Made by a program: the position numbers and the translations under genes. Shown piece after piece: positions 51,781-61,497 of a stretch of 64,000 bases of DNA. This DNA comes from Bacillota bacterium. Its GTDB lineage: Bacteria; Bacillota; DTU025. Location of the stretch: the NCBI GenBank assembly GCA_050951805.1, contig JBMNJT010000004.1:96001-160000 (forward strand), written 5' to 3'. A model generated the notes under the pieces. It made no database searches. It saw nothing but the letters and a program-made list of their open reading frames with translations, and was not told the DNA's origin. The first letter of the stretch is position 1, and every line of letters starts with the position of its first letter.

Positions 51781-53359
51781 TGTCAACCGACTGTGAAAAT
51801 GTCACCCCTTTTGGGGGTTAATCCGTCTGAGAAAATGTCACCCCCTGTGGTTGTGTTCCGCTGGCGAGCCCGCGCATTATGCGCAGGCTCGCGGCCGAGT
51901 CAAGGATCGGCCTGCGGCCTGCTTTGCTCCTTGACTCGGCCTCTGCGCCTGCTCGAGATTAGGGTGCCGCCAGCGGGGAACTGTTGTTTTGTCTGTCTTG
52001 GCTCTGGGCTGCTTTGCGTGCTTGTTGAATGCGTTGTTGGCGCTGGTAGCTTGCACGTTTCCAGGGATGATCGTCCGGGGGCTTCCATGGCATCCTCGGG
52101 GGCTTGGACTCTTTAGCTGCAGTTGAGGCGGAGTCTTCGACCGCCGGTGTGGAGTTGAACTCGGCCAAGCTGTAGCATTTGCCCTTGTAGAGTGCGCTGA
52201 TTGACCCGTCCATGTGCGTAAGCACGGAAACGGGATCCTTCCTGGCCAATCCGACAACATGGCCGTACGCGTCCAGAAGACGGAACTTGGTGCCATGGTA
52301 GGATATGAGTGATCCTCCCAGCGCTTGACGAGATTCCCTGATAGAAAGAATGACGTCCAGATTCATCTCTGGGGTCAGAGCACGAAAAGCGGGTGTCTCA
52401 TCAGCTGCAGGAACGGCAAAGCGGGCGTTGTACCTGGGGATATATCTGAGGAGGAACTCATTTGCCTGTTCGATTGTGTTGATTCCGGCGAGGCGCATTT
52501 CAATAGGCAGTCTTCCCTGAAGCGTCTCCCATGCGCGCTCAATGCGGCCCTTTGCTTGAGGCGAATGCGCTGGTATGTGAGTGATCTGTAGTTCGTCGAG
52601 AATGCGGCCTATCTGGGTAAGGTTGACCCGTTTGCCCTGGAGTTGTTCTTCGATGGTGAGCTTGTCCATCTTGGGCGAGAAAAACATGGTATGGCGGTCA
52701 GAATACAAGCACAGCGGTATGCCGTTGTTCTCAAGCACCTGACGGAACACATGGAGGTATCCTATGATGTCTTCCTGAGGCCTGAAATACAGGCCCAGGA
52801 TGGCTCCGGTGGCGTCGTCGATGATCCCATGAAGCGACATAGCTGGGCCTCTTCCTTCGAGCCAGTCGTAGGGACTGGCGTCGCATTGGAGCAAGATGCC
52901 CGATTGGGGTTTTCGCTCTCGCATGCGTCTGTGGCGCGGGGCTCTTTTGGTGGAGCACACTATCCCGGCTTTTTTCAGCAATCGTTGTACAGTGCGTGGA
53001 CTCACCGAGATCTGATAGCCCTCTGCCATGAGCTCGGACATATGGGTGCAATTTGCGTCTTTCAGGTCGGTCTGAGCTAGCTCTATGATGCGTGATGGGT
53101 CTAAAGGCTTGCGTCCGGCATTGCCATGCCCCAGGGCCTGGACCCCGTTACTCTGCATCTCCTTTTTGATCCGTTTGATCTGGCGGACACTTAATCCAAG
53201 CATCTTGGCAGCCTGCGCGTTTGTGATTTGCCCGGCGGCAAGCTGATCCATTACGAAGACCCTCTTCCGTACTTTTTCCGTCAAGATGACGTCCCCCTTG
53301 TTCATGGGTGACATTATCTCAGACGCGTTATGGGGTGACAATATCACAGACGCGTAACA
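51781..53359 (-). mobile_element. IS1202/ISNCY-like element, copy 2
   Basis: Same ends; 1579 bp; uninterrupted transposase ORF. Confidence 0.92.
51959..53305 (-). CDS. ISNCY/IS1202-family DDE transposase
   Basis: HTH LSVRQIKR, QCDASPYDW, IDDAT, YSDRH, SPQAKGRIER, KPPDDHPWK; start is ATG 53305 or TTG 53284. Confidence 0.92.
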   Translation of the reverse strand: MNKGDVILTEKVRKRVFVMDQLAAGQITNAQAAKMLGLSVRQIKRIKKEMQSNGVQALGHGNAGRKPLDPSRIIELAQTDLKDANCTHMSELMAEGYQISVSPRTVQRLLKKAGIVCSTKRAPRHRRMRERKPQSGILLQCDASPYDWLEGRGPAMSLHGIIDDATGAILGLYFRPQEDIIGYLHVFRQVLENNGIPLCLYSDRHTMFFSPKMDKLTIEEQLQGKRVNLTQIGRILDELQITHIPAHSPQAKGRIERAWETLQGRLPIEMRLAGINTIEQANEFLLRYIPRYNARFAVPAADETPAFRALTPEMNLDVILSIRESRQALGGSLISYHGTKFRLLDAYGHVVGLARKDPVSVLTHMDGSISALYKGKCYSLAEFNSTPAVEDSASTAAKESKPPRMPWKPPDDHPWKRASYQRQQRIQQARKAAQSQDRQNNSSPLAAP

Positions 53360-53375
53360 GATTGAAAACCCAACC

Positions 53376-53404
53376 TTGACATCCGCTACACGGGGGTATA
53401 TACT
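53376..53404 (+). promoter_or_regulatory. sigmaA promoter of the Met T-box operon
   Basis: TTGACA-17 bp-TATACT. Confidence 0.85.
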
Positions 53405-53429
53405 GTCTCCAAGTTTAAAATCGCAGCTA

Positions 53430-53748
53430 AACGCAATGACGGGGATGAGTACTCGCACAGTACCGGGCACAGAGAGCCGGCCTCGAGCTGAAAGCCGGAA
53501 CCGCGGAAATGCGACGAACATGGCCCCTGAGCGGCCGTCCGAACTTCCTCCGCTTTGCTCCTTGATGGGCAGGGAGGGAAAGTAGGCGCGGACGTGTGCG
53601 CACGTTAAAGCGCCGGGGTCTAGCGAATCGGATGGATTCGCCGCACCTGCCGAGGCGCGGTATCGTGAGAACCGCGTGAACCTGGGTGGTACCACGAAGG
53701 ATTAGTCCTCTCGTCCCAGGCATTTTGCCTGGGGGAGAGGGCTTTTTG
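53430..53748 (+). ncRNA. T-box riboswitch, Met (AUG) specifier
   Basis: AGAGAGCCGG..GCTGAAAGCCGG stem I apex, GAAC-ATG-GCCCCTGA specifier (53520), AACCTGGGTGGTACCACG T-box, terminator hairpin ~53705-53748. Confidence 0.9.
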
Positions 53749-53828
53749 CATTTGCCCTTCTTGGCTTGGGCGGCTAAAGACTTTTCAGCAGAGATAAGTA
53801 GAGAAAGCTCGCGCAGGAGGGAGTTTTT

Positions 53829-54764
53829 ATGGCAAGATTATTGAACAGGTTGAGGCAGGGCAGCTTTGCGGTTACGGTGGAGGTTAACCCCCCGAAAGGT
53901 GCGGATGTTTCCAAGACGCTTGCGCTGGTTCGCCGGTTTTCTGACCGGGTGGACGCCGTGAATGTGGCGGACTGCCCTATGGCAAATGTGAGGATGAGCC
54001 CTATTACCTTAGCCCACCTTATCCAGCGCGATGTAGGGGTAGAGGCCATTTTCCACCTTACGTGCCGTGATCGCAACACCATAGGGCTTCAGGCGGAGCT
54101 TTTGGGTGCCTCCGGGCTCGGAGTCAGGAACATACTGGCCCTCAGGGGCGATCCGCCGTCGAGGGGGGATCATCCGGAGGCCCATGGAGTGTTCGAGGTA
54201 GATGCTGTTGGGCTAATCAGCTTGGCCGCCGCGCTCAACTCGGGACACACGGTAGGCGGCGGCGAGCTGGGTGAAGGGACCGATTTCGCCATCGGTTGCG
54301 TAGCAAATCCCAACGCCGAAGATCTTGAGGCCGAGATATCGAGGCTGGAGGAGAAGATCGCAGCTGGAGCGCACTTCGTCCAGACCCAGCCCATTTTCGA
54401 CGTCCGCGCCTATGAAAGGTGGGCTAATGCCATAGACGGGCGGGTGAGCATCCCTATCCTCTACGGGATACTCCCTATCAAAGATGCTGCCTTTGCTGTG
54501 CACCTAAAGGAGAATGTTCCTGGCATGGCGGTGCCCGACTGGGTTATCGACCGGATGCGCTCCGGGGGAGACGGTGAAGGGTACAGGCTGGCTGCGGAGT
54601 TGCTATCGGAGATAGGGAAGGATATCGCCGGGATACACATCTTCCCCATGAACAGTTCCAAGCGGGTTGTAGGCGTGCTGGACGCCTTGGCCGAGGAGGG
54701 GTTTGCGGTGCCCCCGGTACAAACGGCATGCGACGGCCTGCGGAAGGTGGCTCCGAACGGATGA
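53829..54764 (+). CDS. metF: Methylenetetrahydrofolate reductase
   Basis: EVNPPKG, HLTCRDRN, LALRGDP, KIAAGAHFVQTQP. Confidence 0.9.
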   Translation: MARLLNRLRQGSFAVTVEVNPPKGADVSKTLALVRRFSDRVDAVNVADCPMANVRMSPITLAHLIQRDVGVEAIFHLTCRDRNTIGLQAELLGASGLGVRNILALRGDPPSRGDHPEAHGVFEVDAVGLISLAAALNSGHTVGGGELGEGTDFAIGCVANPNAEDLEAEISRLEEKIAAGAHFVQTQPIFDVRAYERWANAIDGRVSIPILYGILPIKDAAFAVHLKENVPGMAVPDWVIDRMRSGGDGEGYRLAAELLSEIGKDIAGIHIFPMNSSKRVVGVLDALAEEGFAVPPVQTACDGLRKVAPNG

Positions 54765-57226
54765 GTGTGCGTGTGGAGGATCTGATCCGTGGGGACGAGG
54801 TGTTCGTGTTTGACGGGGCATTTGGGACGATGCTTCAGGCGCGCGGTCTGCCTCCCGGAGCCTGTCCTGAAGTGTGGTGCCTAAAGTGCCCGGAAGAAGT
54901 GGAGCGGGTTCACCGCCAGTATATTGATGCCGGCGCGCAGGTGATCGAGACTTGCACTTTCGGGGGCACAGCTTTGCGGCTCGGACATTTCGGGCTAGCT
55001 CATGCGGCGCGGGAGATCAACCTGGCTGCCGTCGAGATTGCCCGGAGGGCTGCTGCCGACCGCGGAACGCTTGTGGCGGCTTCCATGGGCCCCCTGGGGG
55101 CATTGGTGGAGCCTTTGGGCGAAGTCAGTTTCGATGAAGCCTATCTGCAATTTGCGGAGCAGGCGGAGGCGTTTGCCCTGGCGCGACCGGACCTTATCAT
55201 CATCGAGACCATTGCCGATCTCAACGAGATGCGCGCAGCGCTCCTCGCGTGCCGCGATCGTGCGCCAGACATCCCGGTAATCGCCCAGATGACATTCGAT
55301 TCCACAGGCCGAACCTTCACCGGCACTCCGCCGGAGTCGGCCGCGCTCGTCATGGAGTCGATGGGGGCGTCTGTCGTGGGCGTCAACTGCTCTGTCGGCC
55401 CGGACCTGCTCGCAGATGTTGTAGCTCGGATGGGGGCTGTTACATCAAAGCCAATATCGGTCCAGCCCAATGCTGGACTGCCGCATGTGGGCCCATCGGG
55501 GCGGGGCGAGTATCCAATGGGGCCTGAGGAATTCGCGTCCTACGGCCCTAAGCTGGTGTCGGCGGGAGCCTCTATCGTAGGGGGCTGCTGCGGAACTACC
55601 CCGGAGCACATCGCAAGGCTTCGCAGTGCGCTGGAGGGGCTCCGGCCGATCGTGCGAAGGCGCGAGCCTGAGCTTGGTATAACTTCCCGGACTCAGCCTC
55701 TGTTTTTCGCCGATGCGGAGCTGCCCGCGATTGTGGGCGAGAGGATTAACCCAACTGGCAGGCGCAAACTTGCCCAAGACATTGTCGACGGCAGCTTCGA
55801 GCTAGTTCGGAAGGAAGCGGTTGCTCAGGCTAAGGCGGGAGCGCAAGCTCTCGATGTGAATGTGGGCACGCCTCTTGCGAACGAGCCGTGGGCGATGTAT
55901 GAAGCAGTGAAGGCGATTGAGGCGACCACTCGTCTGCCGCTCTGCCTCGACTCTTCATCTGCCGAGGCTCTCGAAGCAGGGCTTCGGGCTTATGCAGGCC
56001 GAGCCTTGGTCAACTCCTTCTCGCTGGAGCGTGGCAGGGAAGAGGACGTGCTGAGGCTTGCAGCCAGATACGGCGCGGCGGTGATAGGCTTGCCTATCGA
56101 CGAGAACGGGATTCCGGCGACGGCAGAGGACCGGCTGAGACTGGCTGAGCGGCTCGTCTCGAGCGCACAATCTCATGGAATCCCCCAAAATGCGGTGATC
56201 ATCGACGCTTTGGCGATGCCTTGCGGGGCAAAGCAGGAACAGGCTGTGGAGACTCTCAAGGCCATAGAGATGATCCGCAAAGAGCTGGGCTGCAAGACTT
56301 CTCTGGGGATTTCCAATGTATCGTTCGGGCTTCCGAGCAAGCCCGTGTTGAACACTGCATTCTTGATGCTGGCCATCGCTGCCGGGTTAGACATGGCTAT
56401 AGCTAACCCCCTTGATGAGGCGATGATGGCTCAGGTGCGGGCGGCAAGGGTCCTTCTCGGGCGGGATGTTAATGCGGAAAGATACATCTTGTGGGCGGGC
56501 GCGGCGTCGCCTGCACCTCATGGCGTTGCTGCCGATCCAGGCGGGAAGAAGAAGTTGACCTTGATCTATGATGCGGTCCTCGGGGGCGACAAGGACCTCG
56601 CCGTAAGGTTTGTGGAGGAGGCGGTTTCGGAGGGAGAGGATCCGTCTTCTATCCTAAACGACGCGCTCATCCCGGCTATAGAAGAGACCGGACGGCGCTT
56701 CGCCTCAGGCGCTTACTTCCTCCCTGAACTGATGCTGTCGGCAGGGGCCATGCAGGCTGCAACTGAAGTTATCAGGTCCAGGGTAGGCAGCGCAGAGGAT
56801 GCGCCGGCATCCCGAGGAACTGTGGTGATTGCCACAGTCGAAGGGGATATCCACGACATAGGCAAGAACATCGTCTCCATGTTCCTCGAAAGCAACGGCT
56901 ACAACGTAGTAGACCTGGGAAAGAACGTTAAGGCCAGGGATGTTCTGGCAGGGGCCAAGAAGGCAGGGGCCGACGTGGTCTGCCTGAGCGCGCTGATGAC
57001 AACGACGGCTCCGAAGATGCGCGAGTCGATAGAGCTTTTTTCAAGCGAGGGGTACGATTGCCCAATCATCATTGGAGGCGCAGCTACATCACGGGAGTAC
57101 GCCATACGCATAGGAGCGGACGGATACGGCAGTGATGCCGTGGAAGCGGTCTTCGAGGTAGAAAGGCTTTTGGCAAGAAAGCGTGCTTTTGGGCGGCAAA
57201 GCGATCAAGTGGGAGGGAAAGAGTAG
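54761..57226 (+). CDS. metH: Cobalamin-dependent methionine synthase lacking the SAM reactivation domain
   Basis: DGAFGTML, GVNCS, GGCCGTTP, GERINPTG, GDIHDIGKNIV, SALMTTT; ends after the B12 domain. Confidence 0.92.
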   Translation: MSVRVEDLIRGDEVFVFDGAFGTMLQARGLPPGACPEVWCLKCPEEVERVHRQYIDAGAQVIETCTFGGTALRLGHFGLAHAAREINLAAVEIARRAAADRGTLVAASMGPLGALVEPLGEVSFDEAYLQFAEQAEAFALARPDLIIIETIADLNEMRAALLACRDRAPDIPVIAQMTFDSTGRTFTGTPPESAALVMESMGASVVGVNCSVGPDLLADVVARMGAVTSKPISVQPNAGLPHVGPSGRGEYPMGPEEFASYGPKLVSAGASIVGGCCGTTPEHIARLRSALEGLRPIVRRREPELGITSRTQPLFFADAELPAIVGERINPTGRRKLAQDIVDGSFELVRKEAVAQAKAGAQALDVNVGTPLANEPWAMYEAVKAIEATTRLPLCLDSSSAEALEAGLRAYAGRALVNSFSLERGREEDVLRLAARYGAAVIGLPIDENGIPATAEDRLRLAERLVSSAQSHGIPQNAVIIDALAMPCGAKQEQAVETLKAIEMIRKELGCKTSLGISNVSFGLPSKPVLNTAFLMLAIAAGLDMAIANPLDEAMMAQVRAARVLLGRDVNAERYILWAGAASPAPHGVAADPGGKKKLTLIYDAVLGGDKDLAVRFVEEAVSEGEDPSSILNDALIPAIEETGRRFASGAYFLPELMLSAGAMQAATEVIRSRVGSAEDAPASRGTVVIATVEGDIHDIGKNIVSMFLESNGYNVVDLGKNVKARDVLAGAKKAGADVVCLSALMTTTAPKMRESIELFSSEGYDCPIIIGGAATSREYAIRIGADGYGSDAVEAVFEVERLLARKRAFGRQSDQVGGKE

Positions 57227-58390
57227 ATGGGCTACAGGAGCTTTGAAGAGATAAACGAGAAGATACGCAGCAAAAAGGCGGTTGTTGTGACTGCTGAGGA
57301 GATAATAGAGATTGTGGACGAGAAGGGGGTAGAGGGGGCCTTTCGCGACGTGGATGTCGTGACTTGCGGCACTTTCAGCCCGATGTGTTCCTCAGGGGCT
57401 TTTCTCAACTTCGGCCACTCTGATCCTCCCATAAGGATGAGCCGCGTGTGGCTAAATGACGTGCCGGCATGCGCTGGGCTTGCTGCTGTAGACGCCTATA
57501 TCGGTGCAACGGAGCTCTCGGAGACCGCGGGGATGGAATACGGGGGAGCGCACGTCATCGAAGACCTCATAGCAGGCAGAAAGGTGAGGCTTAAGGCCAC
57601 TTCCTACGGGACAGACTGTTATCCTCGGCGCGCGCTCGAGGCATGGATTACCAAGGATTCAATCAATGAGGCCTACATGTTCAACCCCCGCAACTGCTAC
57701 CAGAATTACGGGGCGGCGACCAATTCCTCGGACCGCACTATTTATACGTACATGGGAACACTCCTGCCCCACTTTGGGAATGTGAACTACTGCACTGCAG
57801 GCGAGCTCAGCCCTTTGATAAACGACCCGTTCTACCGCACGATCGGGTTGGGTTCACGGATATTCCTCGGAGGCGCCCAAGGGTACGTTGCGTGGCAGGG
57901 AACCCAGAACAACCCGTCGCAGCCTCGGGCGGAAAACGGGGTTCCTATCGGCGGAGCGGCATGCCTCGCTCTTATAGGCGACCTAAAACAGATGGATCCG
58001 AGATACATAAGGGCCGCCAGGTTCGAAAAGTATGGGGTGACCATGTTTGTCGGAGTGGGCACTGCCATTCCTCTGCTGGACGAGGAGATGGTCAGATTCG
58101 TCGCGGTGCAAAACCGCGACATAAAGACGAAGGTCTTTGATTACAGCGTCGGTCGTCGATCCAAACCTGCATTGGCCGAAGTCTCCTACGAGGAACTGCG
58201 GAGCGGGAGTGTTCAGATTGGGTCGCGCACGATCCCTACCGCGCCTCTTTCCAGCCTGAAGGTGGCGCGGGAGATAGCCCAGACGTTGAAAGGCTGGATT
58301 GCCCGAGGAGAGTTCCTGTTGCAGCAGCCTGTGGCGGCTCTTCCGCTCGAAGGCTCGCCGACTACACTAGATAACTGTGAGGGGGAGTAA
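57227..58390 (+). CDS. Homocysteine biosynthesis protein (DUF39/COG1900, MA1821-like), no CBS domains
   Basis: EINEKI..AVVVTAEE, DVVTCGTFSPMCSSGA, NPRNCYQNY, GELSPLINDP. Confidence 0.9.
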   Translation: MGYRSFEEINEKIRSKKAVVVTAEEIIEIVDEKGVEGAFRDVDVVTCGTFSPMCSSGAFLNFGHSDPPIRMSRVWLNDVPACAGLAAVDAYIGATELSETAGMEYGGAHVIEDLIAGRKVRLKATSYGTDCYPRRALEAWITKDSINEAYMFNPRNCYQNYGAATNSSDRTIYTYMGTLLPHFGNVNYCTAGELSPLINDPFYRTIGLGSRIFLGGAQGYVAWQGTQNNPSQPRAENGVPIGGAACLALIGDLKQMDPRYIRAARFEKYGVTMFVGVGTAIPLLDEEMVRFVAVQNRDIKTKVFDYSVGRRSKPALAEVSYEELRSGSVQIGSRTIPTAPLSSLKVAREIAQTLKGWIARGEFLLQQPVAALPLEGSPTTLDNCEGE

Positions 58391-58392
58391 GG

Positions 58393-58851
58393 ATGACCGT
58401 GGAGAGGACTGTTGGGGCCGATGGCATAACTGATGCGACGACGGCAAAGAGAGTTAAGGCGTTGCTGACCTACCCTCCGGGCGCGGCAGGCAAGCCCATA
58501 ACTTACTCCCTGATCCGCGAGTTCGATCTGTGGATCAATATTCTCCACGCCGAAATCGCCGCGGACAAAGCCGGCAAGCTCATCATGGACATACAGGGAA
58601 GCGTTGAAGATGTGGATCGGGGCTTGGAGTTCCTCGACGAAGAGGGCATTGGGTACGAGATCCTAAATGGCAGCATCGTTTGGGATGAGGACAAGTGCGT
58701 GCATTGTGGAGCATGCACGGCTGTATGCCCTTCGCACGCGCTCACTATGGATAACTGTGATTGGAGCCTTGTATTTGACAAAGAGAAATGCTATCTTTGC
58801 CGGTTGTGCGCCCGCACATGTCCCGTGGGGGCAATGAGCTCGCCCATATAG
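58393..58851 (+). CDS. NIL-domain ferredoxin (MA1822-like)
   Basis: NIL motif plus CVHCGACTAVCP and CYLCRLCARTCP. Confidence 0.9.
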   Translation: MTVERTVGADGITDATTAKRVKALLTYPPGAAGKPITYSLIREFDLWINILHAEIAADKAGKLIMDIQGSVEDVDRGLEFLDEEGIGYEILNGSIVWDEDKCVHCGACTAVCPSHALTMDNCDWSLVFDKEKCYLCRLCARTCPVGAMSSPI

Positions 58852-58861
58852 AGGGGGCGGG

Positions 58862-59728
58862 ATGGGCAAAGATAGGTTGGGGGAAAGTTGCGTGAGAGAA
58901 GCCTACGAACCGAGGAAATACAGGGAGCTTTTCAGCGCTCAAGATGTAATCTATTTCAGATGCGCCGTGGGGCAGACTGATCTTCAAGTCGGCGTTGGCT
59001 TCTCTTGCCCTGATTTTCGCGGGAAACTTCCCGAAGAGAGCTTTCTTCGGGATCATGTCTCGGGCGTTGTTCTTCGCGCCCGCAGAGATATCGAAAACTA
59101 CATCGCCACTCACCCCGAGTTTCTCACTAGCCTCATCCCGGTGATTCCGCGGCCATGGGCGCCGCCTATTGTCAGATGGATGTGCGCCTGTGCTGCGCAG
59201 GCAGGGGTGGGGCCCATGGCCGCCGTGGCCGGCGCCATAAGCGAGACGGTTGGGATCAGCCTCCTGTCGGAGGATAGCCTTTCTAAGCTGTGGCAGCGCG
59301 AGCCTGACATTGGGAATCCTGATGGGCATCGAGCGAGGATAAGTGAAGTGATAGTGGAGAATGGGGGAGACGTGTTCATCGCCTCCAGCCGTTTGCGCAG
59401 GGTTGGAATCTACGCGGGCACGTCCCCTTTGAGTGGCAAGATTGCCCTGGAGATTGCTCCGGGCCAGACCCCTTGCGGCATCTGTACGTCTTCTGGAACG
59501 GTCGGGCATTCGCGCAGTTTCGGTAGATGCGACGGAGCCGTGATCGTTGCGAAAGACACAGCCCTCGCCGATGCCGTTGCCACTAGGGTCGCAAATGTCG
59601 TGAAATCGAGGGAGGACATTGAAGAGGCGTTGGACACGGCTTCGAAGATTCCCGGCATAGTCGGGGCTGTTATCGTCATCGGCGATGCCTTGGGGGCATG
59701 GGGCGATATCAAGCTGGCGCCGGCGTGA
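58862..59728 (+). CDS. UPF0280/COG2122 ApbE-like protein (MA1715-like)
   Basis: GVGPMAAVAGA, ENGGD, CTSSGTVGHSRSFG, ADAVAT. Confidence 0.9.
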   Translation: MGKDRLGESCVREAYEPRKYRELFSAQDVIYFRCAVGQTDLQVGVGFSCPDFRGKLPEESFLRDHVSGVVLRARRDIENYIATHPEFLTSLIPVIPRPWAPPIVRWMCACAAQAGVGPMAAVAGAISETVGISLLSEDSLSKLWQREPDIGNPDGHRARISEVIVENGGDVFIASSRLRRVGIYAGTSPLSGKIALEIAPGQTPCGICTSSGTVGHSRSFGRCDGAVIVAKDTALADAVATRVANVVKSREDIEEALDTASKIPGIVGAVIVIGDALGAWGDIKLAPA

Positions 59729-59828
59729 AGAAACATAGCAAATCGCAACATGGCTGACATTGAGCCCGGTTCCATTTTATCTGGGGCAACATAGAATAAG
59801 CCAGACCTACCTCAGGAGGTGACCGGAC

Positions 59829-59939
59829 GTGGCCGACGTGACTGCCAGCCAGTGCTTCTGCCCTTGGTGGTTCTGGCTTTGGGTTGCGATCATCGCATTC
59901 ATCGTGTGCTGCATCTGCCGTTTCGTGCTTTGCTGGTAA
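59829..59939 (+). CDS. 36-aa Cys/Trp-rich membrane peptide, copy 1
   Basis: AGGAGGTG RBS + GTG; MADVTASQCFCPWWFWLWVAIIAFIVCCICRFVLCW*. Confidence 0.75.
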   Translation: MADVTASQCFCPWWFWLWVAIIAFIVCCICRFVLCW

Positions 59940-60025
59940 GGCACGATTTTCCTCCGCGCAAGTAAGATCAAGTTCGCTTCAGGCGTCATAGTATGGACCA
60001 GACATGCATCAGGAGGTGACCGGAT

Positions 60026-60136
60026 GTGGCCGAAGTGACTGCCAGCCAGTGCTGTTTTCCTTGGTGGATTTGGTTTTGGGTAGTGGTAATCGCATTCATC
60101 GTGTGCTGCATTTGCCATTTTATGCTTTGCTGGTAA
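60026..60136 (+). CDS. 36-aa Cys/Trp-rich membrane peptide, copy 2
   Basis: AGGAGGTG RBS + GTG; MAEVTASQCCFPWWIWFWVVVIAFIVCCICHFMLCW*. Confidence 0.75.
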   Translation: MAEVTASQCCFPWWIWFWVVVIAFIVCCICHFMLCW

Positions 60137-60634
60137 GAACCAGCTCGTCCCCACGCTGGCAAAACAGCTCATCGCCTATATCGAGCTTGGACAACGGCCC
60201 ACGCGCCATCCGCCCGCCACGGTGGGCGGATGGCGTTGGTGATGCGTCCCGCCGCACCTGTTAAAAGAAAGGACGGACCCGTTGCAAGGACTGATATCCT
60301 TGACCACACAAAAGATGACAGGAAAGGTTGGAGATGAGCTTTTATCAGAAGGCGCGCGGCAGGGTCTTCCGCGAAATGGTCGTCACATATTGGCGCCGTG
60401 ACCGCGTTGATGTTGATAGCGATAATCGCGTGCTGGATTCTGAAGCCCGAGCGGAAACCCGGACGTGTCTATAGAGCCGATTGTGGGTGCCGCTTTGGCT
60501 CCTGATCGATGATGATCAGCATTTCCGCCTCGCACAAGAACAGAGCAGCAGGACTGCGGCATCGGTGGTCTCTTTCCCTGCGCGATTTAGAGCAGGGAAG
60601 GGCGTCGTGCCGCAGTCAGCTTTGTCTCCACTCA

Positions 60635-61339
60635 TCAGCCAGCGTTTCCGCTCATCAGCTCCTCGAGTTCCTCAGAGTCTTTGCAGGCATACACGGCCTT
60701 GTAATAGGCCACATCCGCCATGCGGGCGCATTCTGCAAGGGTTATCTTTCGGCCGGCAGCCGCAAGTTCTCTGGCGGCTTCGAGTATCTTCTCTCTCGTC
60801 TGTTCTTTGGGCACTCTCTCATACTTCCCTCGCGGTTTCGACGGGGTCGCAGCGCGTCCCCCAGTTCCCGGACCCGCGGTGCCGATGGCTGAAACCTGTG
60901 AGGCAGGGAGGCTGGGTGTGGGAAATGATGTGACTGCCAATCCTTCCTGAGGTTCGATTCTCTTCAGAAGCTCGAGAAGAGCCCTGTCTGTTCTGCTGGC
61001 CAAGGCCGCAAGGTCGCGGCGGACTAAGTCGAGGGATGCCACAACGGTGGCCAGCTGCTCTCCGATTCGCCTTTCCAGACCTACGGGATCGGCAAGGGCA
61101 GGCGAAGTCCTTGCGCCCGACAAGATGTCGAGTAGATTTGAGAATGCTGCTAGAGACTTCTTTCCAATCTCTTCGTAAGTGCCATTGTCCACATTAGAGA
61201 CCTCCTCGTACGACGGTGTTTCTTCTCTACTGCGCTTGAGTGCCGCTTCTTGCACAATAGCGGCATAATAGCGCTGTTTCCCACGAGAGCGCAATTGGGT
61301 TGCACCTCCTGCCATATTATTATTTCCAAACTCGTTCAT
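60635..61339 (-). CDS. Hypothetical protein with coiled coil and C-terminal HTH-like region (start uncertain)
   Basis: REKILEAARELAAAGRKITLAECARMADV. Confidence 0.6.
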   Translation of the reverse strand: MNEFGNNNMAGGATQLRSRGKQRYYAAIVQEAALKRSREETPSYEEVSNVDNGTYEEIGKKSLAAFSNLLDILSGARTSPALADPVGLERRIGEQLATVVASLDLVRRDLAALASRTDRALLELLKRIEPQEGLAVTSFPTPSLPASQVSAIGTAGPGTGGRAATPSKPRGKYERVPKEQTREKILEAARELAAAGRKITLAECARMADVAYYKAVYACKDSEELEELMSGNAG

Positions 61340-61497
61340 AATGTGTCATATGGATGGAAGATCGTCTGGATGACGCCTGCCCCGAACCGTGTTGGCTCGG
61401 GAAGGGTTGTCTCAAAGTGTTTATTGCGCCTACAATATACTAGCCGGGGAGAGTCGGCGCTATTCATCTTTATCTTCAGAAGACGGAGGGGTGAAGG

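Larger units (their letters stand above)
50238..53375 (+). repeat. Three copies of a 16-bp target repeat GATTGAAAACCCAACC
   Basis: Exact copies at 50238-50253, 51765-51780 and 53360-53375, bracketing the two IS copies. Confidence 0.92.

Noticed and set aside
53306-53695. N-terminal extension of the 578-aa transposase ORF
   Set aside because: It runs outside the IS end through the T-box leader on the opposite strand; ORF-caller artefact.
59807-60264. Track ORFs of 121 aa (-) and 86 aa (+) over the duplicated segment
   Set aside because: The two RBS-led 36-aa ORFs explain the duplication and its conservation pattern better.
60290-60510. Possible third small membrane peptide gene
   Set aside because: The hydrophobic frame lacks a convincing start/RBS, and competing frames cannot be resolved.
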